Shown: piece after piece, positions 54,179-62,877 of the stretch
Position numbering within the stretch: position 1 is the stretch's first letter
Layout of the letters: every line of letters begins with the position of its first letter
From: an uncultured PS1 clade bacterium
Lineage (GTDB): Bacteria > Pseudomonadota > Alphaproteobacteria > MED-G09
DNA: 64,000 nt
NCBI GenBank assembly: GCA_902608415.1
Contig: CACLNZ010000004.1
Span: forward strand, 2,394 to 66,393
Direction of reading: 5' to 3'
Program-made: the position numbers and the translations under genes
Notes under the pieces: model-generated
What the model was told of the DNA's origin: nothing
The model's input: the letters and a program-made list of their open reading frames with translations, nothing else
Database searches by the model: none

Positions 54179-55081
54179 ATGGCTAAAAATAAAAAAATAA
54201 GCAATTTACCTGTGTTATCTGGAGATGTAACTCTAAGCAATTATCTTAATGAAATAAAAAAATTTCCTATGTTAAGTGCTGAAGAGGAATACACCCTAGC
54301 AACTCGACTTAGTATTCATGGTGATACTGATGCAGCTCATAAGCTTGTAACAAGTCATTTACGATTAGTCGCAAAACTAGCCATGGGGTACAAGGGTTAT
54401 GGCCTACCAATTACAGATATTATGTCTGAAGGAAATGTTGGACTTATGCAAGCTGTTCAGAAGTTTGATCCTGAAAAAGGTTTTAGATTAGCGACATATG
54501 CTCTCTGGTGGGTAAAGGCAGCAATGCAAGAATATATTCTTAGATCATGGTCTTTAGTAAAAATAGGAACTACAGCTGTTCAAAAAAAATTATTCTTTAA
54601 TTTAAGAAAAGCAAAGAACCAAATTCAAGCGTATGAAGATGGAGATTTAAATCCTGAAAACTTAGAAAAGATTTCTAAACGATTAAATGTCCCAGAAAAA
54701 GAAGTTGTTAATATGAATAGGAGGTTATCTGGTGCAGATCCATCGCTTAATGCAAAGATTTCATCAGATGATGGTTCTCAAACTGAGTGGCAAGATTGGA
54801 TAGAAGCTGATTCGCCTAATCAGGAAGAGGAATATGCTGAAAAAGAGGAAGATAGCATTAGAAAAGATCTAATATCTGAATCATTAAATGTGCTTAATGA
54901 AAGAGAGCTAGATATTGTTCAAACAAGACGTCTTAGTGAAGAGACAACAACTTTAGAAGAGTTAAGTGAAAAATATGACATTAGCAGAGAAAGAGTAAGA
55001 CAAATAGAAGTTAGAGCTTTAGAGAAAATAAAAGAAGAAATACAAAAACTAATGAAAAATAAAAATATTATTGATATCTAG
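54179..55081 (+). CDS. rpoH: RNA polymerase sigma-32 (heat-shock sigma factor)
   Basis: 'HLRLVAKLAMGYKGYGLPITDIMSEGNVGLMQAVQKFDP', RpoH box 'QKKLFFNLRKAK', region 4 'ISRERVRQIE'. Confidence 0.92.
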   Translation: MAKNKKISNLPVLSGDVTLSNYLNEIKKFPMLSAEEEYTLATRLSIHGDTDAAHKLVTSHLRLVAKLAMGYKGYGLPITDIMSEGNVGLMQAVQKFDPEKGFRLATYALWWVKAAMQEYILRSWSLVKIGTTAVQKKLFFNLRKAKNQIQAYEDGDLNPENLEKISKRLNVPEKEVVNMNRRLSGADPSLNAKISSDDGSQTEWQDWIEADSPNQEEEYAEKEEDSIRKDLISESLNVLNERELDIVQTRRLSEETTTLEELSEKYDISRERVRQIEVRALEKIKEEIQKLMKNKNIIDI

Positions 55082-55803
55082 TCTTGATAATTAATTTCCG
55101 TCCAAAGTTCCTTCATAATCATTATTAAATCATCAATCATTTCATTTCTTTCTATTAAACCAATAGAATATCTATCAAAATCATGGAAACCATTACCAGC
55201 ATATTCCCAATCAATAATTTTATAACAATTATCAGTAACTAAAATATTTGCTTCTAGGTCATGATGGGTTAACAAAGCGGGCCAATTTGATTTTTGAAAA
55301 TTACTCAGATTAACCAAGAAGGCTTCCATTTTATTTTCTCTTGAGTCACTTATATAGTTGATTTCTTTAATTTTTTTCCAATATAAGCTGATATGATTCA
55401 AGTAGTTAAATTTTGGTAAATCTATTTTTATATCCTGATATGACTCTATTAAACTTAATAATTTATTTCTGTCTTCAGTATCAGTCTTCCTGAGATCTAA
55501 TTCAATTCCTTCAATATATTCATAAATTATAAATTCATATGAATCGTCGATATAGACTAAATTAGGAATGATATTTTTTTTATCTAAAGACTGTAAAATT
55601 AATGACTCATTTTTCCTATTGATTCCTAAATTCAAAGAATTTTTATTATTTAATCTTAAAACTAATTTGAATTTTTTAAAATCAAGTAAATAACTATCAT
55701 TTGTCTTACCATTTATAAGATAGGAGATATCTGCATCATCAATATTAAAATCTAAATCGCTTACATTTTCTAATAAAAATTTAATTTTGTGATTTGTATT
55801 CAT
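55078..55803 (-). CDS. Thiamine-kinase-like protein (APH/choline-kinase fold)
   Basis: 'LTHHDLEANILVTDNCYKIIDWEYAGNG' parallels E. coli ThiK 'H.D....N......LIDWEYAGDGD'. Last gene of the TPP-riboswitch operon. ATG 55803 is preferred over 55833. Confidence 0.6.
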   Translation of the reverse strand: MNTNHKIKFLLENVSDLDFNIDDADISYLINGKTNDSYLLDFKKFKLVLRLNNKNSLNLGINRKNESLILQSLDKKNIIPNLVYIDDSYEFIIYEYIEGIELDLRKTDTEDRNKLLSLIESYQDIKIDLPKFNYLNHISLYWKKIKEINYISDSRENKMEAFLVNLSNFQKSNWPALLTHHDLEANILVTDNCYKIIDWEYAGNGFHDFDRYSIGLIERNEMIDDLIMIMKELWTEINYQD

Positions 55804-56350
55804 AATAGCTCTTTCGCCATTGATAATATCCATAAACAGACATTACCTGGTATGTCATTAATAAAATCACAGTAAGATATAACTCTCTATCAAAATTAAG
55901 AAAAATTGCTATTGAATTTATAATTATCCAGAATATCCAATTTGAAAGTATTTTTTGAGCAACCATAAATGTAGTAACAACTGATGCCCATGTAGTAAAA
56001 GAATCTAAATATGGATATACAGCATCAGTTTTCTGAAGAGAAAAACCAGAAATGATAGTCAAAATTATAATCATTAATATTACTATAATATGATTTTGGT
56101 ATGACCACGAAATAACATAATTTTTATCTATTTGAGATTTTTTATTCCAATTAATCCAACCGTATATAGCCATTAAAAGATAATAGAAATTAAGTAACGA
56201 TTCCATATAAAGTGAAACATCCCAATATATTAATATATAAATTAATGTGCTTATAAAAGCCGCATACCAACAAGCAATGTGTTGTTTCATAGCTAAAAAT
56301 AAATAAAGAAGGGCAAAAATTACTGCAAAAATTTCTAAAGCTATAAACAT
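55781..56350 (-). CDS. PnuC-family transporter (PnuT-like candidate thiamine/vitamin permease)
   Basis: 189 aa, about 7 TM. The 'YGWINWNKK' and 'YGYYQWRK' W-motifs are typical of PnuC. Confidence 0.8.
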   Translation of the reverse strand: MFIALEIFAVIFALLYLFLAMKQHIACWYAAFISTLIYILIYWDVSLYMESLLNFYYLLMAIYGWINWNKKSQIDKNYVISWSYQNHIIVILMIIILTIISGFSLQKTDAVYPYLDSFTTWASVVTTFMVAQKILSNWIFWIIINSIAIFLNFDRELYLTVILLMTYQVMSVYGYYQWRKSYYEYKSQN

Positions 56351-56354
56351 CTTA

Positions 56355-58526
56355 CTAGAATTTTCTTTTTCCGTTTACTCCAATAACTCTTGGAGAACCG
56401 TATTGAAAATATGGTTCTGTAGCATAAAATTTTCTTGGATCATTACCAAAGCTTCCGAACCCTCTAGTTTGATAATCTTCGTCACTTAAATTTTTACCAA
56501 ATAAATTAAATTCCCAAGACTCTTTTTGATATCCTAATAATAAATTAAACAATACATAATCATCTGATTGAATATTATGACGATCAGAAAAATAAAACTC
56601 ATCTTTTGCTTCAATATCAAACTTAATAAATAAATTATCTGTTATTTTGTAATTTAAACCTAAGCTTAATTGATACCGAGGAGCATGAGACTGCTCTCTT
56701 CCATTTAAATTAATTGGAATTCCATTTTCAAGATCTGAGTCAACATGTGAAAAACTTAAGTAATTATTAAACTCAGTTTCTAATAATCCTAAATTGAAGA
56801 ATAGATCTATTTTATTATTTATTAACCAGATTAATTCCATTTCTAAACCATAATTTGATCCTTTTACAGCATTACCGATATAATCAGTGAAGCTACATGG
56901 GCATAACCCACCTTGCTCGTCAGAATTAATTGATGTCACTATACTTTGTTTTGTTTGGACATCCTCGCGATCTTGATAAAATATAGAAGTTTGAAATAGA
57001 AAATTTTTATTTAAATTTCCTTTAAAACCTATTTCATAATTAATCATTGTTTCTGAATCATATTCTAAATTTTCATTACTTACATTTCCTTCAATATTAA
57101 TCCCACCTGACTTATAGCCTTGTGAAATAAGGAAATAACTGAGCAAATTATCGTTAATTTGATTTTTAAAAACTATTTTTCCTCCCCAAAAATCTTCGGA
57201 ATTATTATACTCATTATTAAATAAGCAACTTTCAGGTTTTGGGTAAATTGCTATACAGAAAAATCCATCTGGGGCAGGACCATTATTGTCAATATAATCA
57301 GCATTCCTTGATTCAATTCTTAAGCCAACTTCAATATCGATAGTTTCTGAGAATGGATATTTATATTGCCCATATAAGGCTATATTTTCAGTATCAAATG
57401 AACTTTTAAAATTATTTTCTAAATATGTATATTCCCTGACTAAGTTTATTTTTTGATTTCTATAATATAACCCTAAAACCCAGTCATTATTACCTTTTGA
57501 TAATAATCTAGTATCTAAAGTGAAGTTCTCATTATTTCTAATATAATTATCAAAAGATGAATACCACCAATCAAAACCAAATACTTTTGAATCGCAGGAT
57601 GTTTGATCGCATATTCCTTCATTACTCCAATCTTCATCATAGCCATATTCAAGATCTGAATCTGCAAAGCTCAATAAAACTTCCACATTTATTTTAGTAA
57701 ACTCTTTTAAATATTTAAGAGAACCAGAAAATGTCTCTTGACGGTCATGTCCAGGCTCATCCGAAAGAGTTATTCTAGTGTTGTCCAAACTAAACGCGTC
57801 ATAACCATTATCAACATCAGAATATATTAAGTTAACCTCTAATAATTGATCATCAGAATCCATATAGATTTTAAAACGCGAAACAAACTCATCAATATTA
57901 TTTGTTTTATCTGTTTGTAAGTGTTGATTTTTTATAAAACCATTACTCTCGTACTTTTTGACACCAAATCTAAATCCAGAGTTTTCATTTAATGGCCCAG
58001 TAAAGACAAAACCTAAGCTTCTACCATTAAATTCTGATAATGATCCTAAAATTTCAGAATGAAATACTTCTTCTGGTTTTTTCGAAACTATATTTACTAA
58101 ACCAGCTAGAGCATTGGCTCCATAAATTGTTCCTTGAGGACCTTTCAAAACTTCTATTTGCTCAATATCAAAAGTACTTGCAGCTAATGATATACCTGTA
58201 AAGTCAATTCCATCTATAATAACTCCTACAGAATAATTTACAGGTTCAGTAAACTCGCTTCTCTCTCCAATTCCACGAATTTGTAAAAATTTACCTCTAG
58301 ATGATCCTGTTGAATAATTAATATTAGGTATTACAAATAAGATGTCTTCAATGTGTTGTGCATCTCTATTCTTAATAACCTCTTCATCAATAACTGATGC
58401 ACTTAAAGGCAGTTTATATAAAGAATTGTCTTTAAGCTCTGCAGTTACAACAATTTCATCAATTATTTCATCAGCATACAAAGATGTCGCATTGAATAAA
58501 AAAAAGATAATTAAAAAAAATTTCAT
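56355..58526 (-). CDS. TonB-dependent receptor under TPP-riboswitch control
   Basis: Signal peptide 'MKFFLIIFFLFNATSLYA', TonB box 'DEIVVTA', 'IEVLKGPQGTIYGANALAGLVNIVSKK', terminal '...GKRKF'. ATG 58526 follows GGAGGA; the track start at 58550 is a TTG. Confidence 0.9.
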   Translation of the reverse strand: MKFFLIIFFLFNATSLYADEIIDEIVVTAELKDNSLYKLPLSASVIDEEVIKNRDAQHIEDILFVIPNINYSTGSSRGKFLQIRGIGERSEFTEPVNYSVGVIIDGIDFTGISLAASTFDIEQIEVLKGPQGTIYGANALAGLVNIVSKKPEEVFHSEILGSLSEFNGRSLGFVFTGPLNENSGFRFGVKKYESNGFIKNQHLQTDKTNNIDEFVSRFKIYMDSDDQLLEVNLIYSDVDNGYDAFSLDNTRITLSDEPGHDRQETFSGSLKYLKEFTKINVEVLLSFADSDLEYGYDEDWSNEGICDQTSCDSKVFGFDWWYSSFDNYIRNNENFTLDTRLLSKGNNDWVLGLYYRNQKINLVREYTYLENNFKSSFDTENIALYGQYKYPFSETIDIEVGLRIESRNADYIDNNGPAPDGFFCIAIYPKPESCLFNNEYNNSEDFWGGKIVFKNQINDNLLSYFLISQGYKSGGINIEGNVSNENLEYDSETMINYEIGFKGNLNKNFLFQTSIFYQDREDVQTKQSIVTSINSDEQGGLCPCSFTDYIGNAVKGSNYGLEMELIWLINNKIDLFFNLGLLETEFNNYLSFSHVDSDLENGIPINLNGREQSHAPRYQLSLGLNYKITDNLFIKFDIEAKDEFYFSDRHNIQSDDYVLFNLLLGYQKESWEFNLFGKNLSDEDYQTRGFGSFGNDPRKFYATEPYFQYGSPRVIGVNGKRKF

Positions 58527-58582
58527 TGGTTCCTCCAAATAAATATTCAATCTAAATAGAGATCCAAATTAATAGGCGTTTA

Positions 58583-58676
58583 TAAGAATCCAATTCCTAC
58601 GCCGGCATTAACCGGATCAGGTTCAAAGGGTCAGGTTTATTCCTTCTCAGCCAAATGGCACCCCTCGGACATCAAT
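58583..58676 (-). promoter_or_regulatory. TPP (THI-box) riboswitch
   Basis: Minus-strand sequence is GUCCGAGGGGUGCCAUUUGGCUGAGAAGGAAUAAACCUGACCCUUUGAACCUGAUCCGGUUAAUGCCGGCGUAGGAAUUGG. It contains the invariant GGGGUGC, CUGAGA, ACCC, AACCUGAUC.GG.UAAUGCC.GCGUAGG blocks. Confidence 0.9.
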
Positions 58677-58708
58677 ATTATTATAATGGTTTGATCTGAA
58701 ATTCAATA

Positions 58709-60004
58709 TTAATCCTCAAAAGGATCTTTTACTAATATTGTATCTTCTCGTTCTGGACTAGTTGATAATAATGCAACTGGGGTACCTGTTAATTCTTCAA
58801 TTCTTTTAACATATTTAACAGCTTCTGCAGGTAAGTCATTCCAGAGCCTAGCTCCAAAAGTTGTTGTATCCCATCCATCAAATTCTTCAAAAATAGGTTT
58901 AATTCTTGACTGTTCTTCAGACGAAGATGGCAAATAATCAATTTTTTTACCGTCAAGCTCATAAGCTATACAAATATTAATTTTTTCAAATCCATCAAGT
59001 ACATCAAGTTTTGTAAGAGCCATTCCATCAATACCCGATACCTCAATTGCATGTCTAACTAGGACAGCATCAAACCAGCCACATCTTCTTTTTCTTCCTG
59101 TAACAGTACCAAATTCATGCCCTTTTTCACCAAGCTTATTTCCAACATCATTATCTTGTTCAGACGGGAATGGCCCCTCACCTACCCTTGTCGTATAGGC
59201 TTTAGTTATTCCTAATACATAATTTATGGATTTAACACCTTGACCTGATCCAGTTGCAGCCGCAGATGCAATGGTATTTGATGAAGTTACATATGGATAT
59301 GTGCCATGATCAATATCCAGTAAGGCACCTTGAGCACCTTCATACAAAATTCGCTTTCTATCCTTTCTTGCTTGAATAAGAAATTCTTGGGTTCTAGAGA
59401 TAAACGGTTTAATAATTTCTGAAACTTCAGTTAAATCATCATAGATAATATCTGGATTTATTTCTTCTTCATTCATACCTCTGAGAATTATATTATGATG
59501 ATCAACAAGATTATTAACTTTTAATTTTAAAGCTTTTGAATCTCTTAAATCACCAACCCTTACAGATCTTCTACCAACTTTATCTTCATATGCTGGGCCA
59601 ATTCCTCTTTTTGTAGTTCCTATTTTTGAATCATTTGAGTTTTTATGTTCTCTTAAGATATCAAGATTTTTATGAACAGGAAGTATCAAGGAAGCATTTT
59701 CAGCAATTTTTAGATTTTTCGAATTTATTTTAACATCTTGATTAATAAGAATTTTTAATTCTTTGGTAAATGCCCAAGGGTCCACAACCACGCCATTACC
59801 AATTATTGATACTTTATCCTCCCTAACAATTCCTGATGGAAATAATGATAGTTTATAAGTTTTGCCATCTATAACTAATGTATGTCCCGCGTTATGGCCG
59901 CCTTGAAATCTTACCACTACATCTGCTCTGCTTGATAGCCAGTCAACTATCTTTCCCTTTCCTTCATCACCCCACTGAGATCCGACTACTACTACATTTG
60001 CCAT
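58709..60004 (-). CDS. purA: Adenylosuccinate synthetase
   Basis: '[14 protein letters not shown]', 'GGHNAGHT', '[14 protein letters not shown]', '[11 protein letters not shown]'-type block. Confidence 0.97.
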   Translation of the reverse strand: MANVVVVGSQWGDEGKGKIVDWLSSRADVVVRFQGGHNAGHTLVIDGKTYKLSLFPSGIVREDKVSIIGNGVVVDPWAFTKELKILINQDVKINSKNLKIAENASLILPVHKNLDILREHKNSNDSKIGTTKRGIGPAYEDKVGRRSVRVGDLRDSKALKLKVNNLVDHHNIILRGMNEEEINPDIIYDDLTEVSEIIKPFISRTQEFLIQARKDRKRILYEGAQGALLDIDHGTYPYVTSSNTIASAAATGSGQGVKSINYVLGITKAYTTRVGEGPFPSEQDNDVGNKLGEKGHEFGTVTGRKRRCGWFDAVLVRHAIEVSGIDGMALTKLDVLDGFEKINICIAYELDGKKIDYLPSSSEEQSRIKPIFEEFDGWDTTTFGARLWNDLPAEAVKYVKRIEELTGTPVALLSTSPEREDTILVKDPFED

Positions 60005-60018
60005 ATAATCCTCTATAT

Positions 60019-61605
60019 TTATTTAATATTAAAAATTAAATTATTAACTGTTACAATTGATTCAAGTTTCTTTACATTTTCCATAACATTTGAATTAATC
60101 TCAGAGTCAACACCTATTAAAGCCATTGCATCTTTCAAAGGTGCATTTCTACCTAGATTAAAACTTGCTATATTTATTCCCTCATCACCCAATATAGAGC
60201 CTAGATGACCTATCAAACCTGGAAGATCTTTATTAGTTACATAAAGCATATTTCTATTCAATTCGGCTTCTAAATTAATTCCATTTATTTGTACAATTCG
60301 TGGATTGCCATCAGAGAAAACAGTTCCTCCAACAGAAAAGCTATCTTTTTTGGTGTGTAAGGTCACTTTAATATAGCTTTCATACGCACTACTTTCATCT
60401 TTTTTAACTTCACTAATTGTAATGCCTTTCTCACGTGCAATTGAAGGTGCGCTAACCATATTAATATCTGATAAAGACGGTTTTAAAATTCCAGATACCG
60501 CAGCAGATGTTATCGGCGAGCAATTAAAATCAGAAATTATTCCAACATATTCAATCTGAATCTTATTAAAATTAGATAACATAAGTTGCCCTGCAAATAA
60601 TCCAAGTTGTTCAGAAAGTTTGACGAACGGTCCTAAAATTGGTGCTTCATCAGCGCTTATAGATGGCATATTCAAAGCATTTGTTACCGCTCCTTCAATT
60701 AGATATTCGGACATTTGCTCGGCTATTTGAATAGCAACATTTTCTTGAGCCTCTATTGTAGAAGCGCCTAGGTGTGGTGTACAAATTATTTTATCATTCC
60801 CAAATAAAATACTCTCTTTAGCTGGTTCAACCTCATAAACATCAATTGCTGCGCCAGCAACTGTGCCATCTTCTATGGCATCAATTAATGCTTTCTCATC
60901 AACTAAACCTCCTCTTGCACAATTAATAATTCTGACACCTTTTTTGCATTTACCTAGAGTTTTCTTATTTAAGATATTTTTTGTTTGTTCAGTCATTGGA
61001 ACATGAAGACTAATGATATCAGCCTGCTGTAAAAGTTGATCTAACTCAACCTTTTTAATACCAAGAATATTTGCTCTTTCAGGAGTCAAGAATGGATCAT
61101 AAGATATTACTCGCATGCGCAAACCTTTAGCTCTATCAGCTACTATTGAACCAATATTTCCACATCCAATAATTCCTAGAACTTTACCTGTAACTTCTTG
61201 GCCCATATATTTTGACTTCTCCCACTTTCCATCATGAGTGGATATATTTGCCTGAGGAAGATTTCTCATAAGACCTAACATTAGAGCAATAGCATGCTCT
61301 GCAGTTGTAATAGCGTTTCCAAAGGGGGTATTCATTACGACAACACCATTAGCTGTAGCAGAATCGACATCAATATTATCAACCCCTATTCCTGCTCTGC
61401 CAACAATTTTCAAATTTTCTGCTTGTTTTATAATTTTTTCAGTAATTTTAGTAGATGACCTTACAACCACGCCATCATATTTTCTTATAATTGAAAGCAA
61501 CTCATCTTTCTCTAAACCAGTTTTGACATCTACATCTAAACCTCTTTCAGAAAAAATTTTTTCAGCTTTTTTACTCATTTTATCTGCAATTAAAACTTTA
61601 GGCAT
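60019..61605 (-). CDS. serA: D-3-phosphoglycerate dehydrogenase (long form with ACT domain)
   Basis: 528 aa. '[13 protein letters not shown]', '[11 protein letters not shown]', 'AAIDVY', 'TPHLGAST', C-terminal ASB/ACT region. Confidence 0.93.
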   Translation of the reverse strand: MPKVLIADKMSKKAEKIFSERGLDVDVKTGLEKDELLSIIRKYDGVVVRSSTKITEKIIKQAENLKIVGRAGIGVDNIDVDSATANGVVVMNTPFGNAITTAEHAIALMLGLMRNLPQANISTHDGKWEKSKYMGQEVTGKVLGIIGCGNIGSIVADRAKGLRMRVISYDPFLTPERANILGIKKVELDQLLQQADIISLHVPMTEQTKNILNKKTLGKCKKGVRIINCARGGLVDEKALIDAIEDGTVAGAAIDVYEVEPAKESILFGNDKIICTPHLGASTIEAQENVAIQIAEQMSEYLIEGAVTNALNMPSISADEAPILGPFVKLSEQLGLFAGQLMLSNFNKIQIEYVGIISDFNCSPITSAAVSGILKPSLSDINMVSAPSIAREKGITISEVKKDESSAYESYIKVTLHTKKDSFSVGGTVFSDGNPRIVQINGINLEAELNRNMLYVTNKDLPGLIGHLGSILGDEGINIASFNLGRNAPLKDAMALIGVDSEINSNVMENVKKLESIVTVNNLIFNIK

Positions 61606-62767
61606 TTTTATCTCCAGTTTTATTTACCAATTTTTGATGTGCCCAATCGATCCAAGGTAATAATCTTAAAATATCCTCAGACTCAACTGTTGCTCCTGCC
61701 CATATTCTTAAACCAGGTGGAGCGCTTCTATGATTAACAATATCAAATGCAACTTCCTCATCAACTAATATTTTACCAATAGATTTAGCAAAACTTCTTT
61801 GGTCATCTTCACTAAGCTCAGATAATTCATTAGAAAATTTCAAACATACAGATGTATTAGATAAATTTGCATCATCATCACATAGAAAAGTTAACCAATC
61901 GCTTTGGTCTACCCAATCTTTAATAATTGAAAAATTTTTATCGGCTCTTTCAATAGTTCCTTTGTATCCACCTATGCTATCTACCCACTTAAGTACATCT
62001 AAATAATCTTCAACACATAACATTGATGGTGTATTTAATGTTTCACCTCTAAAAACACCTTCAATTAATTTCTGATCTTTTGTTAGCCTAAATATTTTCG
62101 GAATTGGCCACTCAGGAGTATAACTTTCAAGAAGGTTTACAGCTTTTGGGCTTAAAATTAGAATACCATGCGCAGCTTCACCTCCTAAAACTTTTTGCCA
62201 GCTGAATGTTGTTGCATCCAGTTTAGACCAATCCAAGTCTTGTGCAAAAACAGCAGATGTTGCATCACATAAAGTTACGCCATGTCTATTATCAGGAATC
62301 CAATCAGCATTCGGTACTCTTGCTCCAGATGTAGTTCCGTTCCAAGTAAAAATGACATCATTATCAAAATTAATATTTTCTAAATCAGGCAATAAACCAA
62401 ATTCAACATCATGATAAATAGATCCTGATATTTTTAGTTGTTCTTGAACATCCTTTTTCCAGTCTTTTCCAAAAACTTCCCAAGACAACACTTCAACAGG
62501 CCTTGAACCAAGAAGATTCCACATGGCCATTTCAATTGCTCCAGTATCAGAAGCAGGAACAATACCTACCTTATAACTCTCAGGAATGGATAATAATCTT
62601 TTAGTTTCATCAATCGCAGTGCTAAGTTTTAACTTCCCTTCTGAGGATCGATGACTTCTTCCTAATAATGCATTTTTTAAGACTTCTACTGACCATCCAG
62701 GTCTCTTTGTACATGGACCAGAAGAAAAATTTAAGCATACAGGCTTATTTTTCGGTTTTTCTATCAT
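61598..62767 (-). CDS. serC: Phosphoserine aminotransferase (long alphaproteobacterial/actinobacterial type)
   Basis: 389 aa. 'NFSSGPC', 'GRSHRS', PLP-Lys region 'FSWQKVLGGE'. 8-nt overlap with serA. Confidence 0.88.
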   Translation of the reverse strand: MIEKPKNKPVCLNFSSGPCTKRPGWSVEVLKNALLGRSHRSSEGKLKLSTAIDETKRLLSIPESYKVGIVPASDTGAIEMAMWNLLGSRPVEVLSWEVFGKDWKKDVQEQLKISGSIYHDVEFGLLPDLENINFDNDVIFTWNGTTSGARVPNADWIPDNRHGVTLCDATSAVFAQDLDWSKLDATTFSWQKVLGGEAAHGILILSPKAVNLLESYTPEWPIPKIFRLTKDQKLIEGVFRGETLNTPSMLCVEDYLDVLKWVDSIGGYKGTIERADKNFSIIKDWVDQSDWLTFLCDDDANLSNTSVCLKFSNELSELSEDDQRSFAKSIGKILVDEEVAFDIVNHRSAPPGLRIWAGATVESEDILRLLPWIDWAHQKLVNKTGDKNA

Positions 62768-62790
62768 TTGTCTACCCTTACAGATAGTTG

Positions 62791-62808
62791 CTCCTCGTTG
62801 GGGAGGAG
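62791..62808 (-). promoter_or_regulatory. Short GC-rich hairpin in the serC 5' leader (possible serC-type leader element)
   Basis: On the mRNA strand, CUCCUC-CCCAAC-GAGGAG lies about 25 nt upstream of the serC ATG. It stands out in an AT-rich spacer. Confidence 0.3.
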
Positions 62809-62877
62809 TGTCCCAAGAGTGAGATATAACTAATAATAATATTAGTCAATGATATTTTAAAACAAAAGAATAATTTA

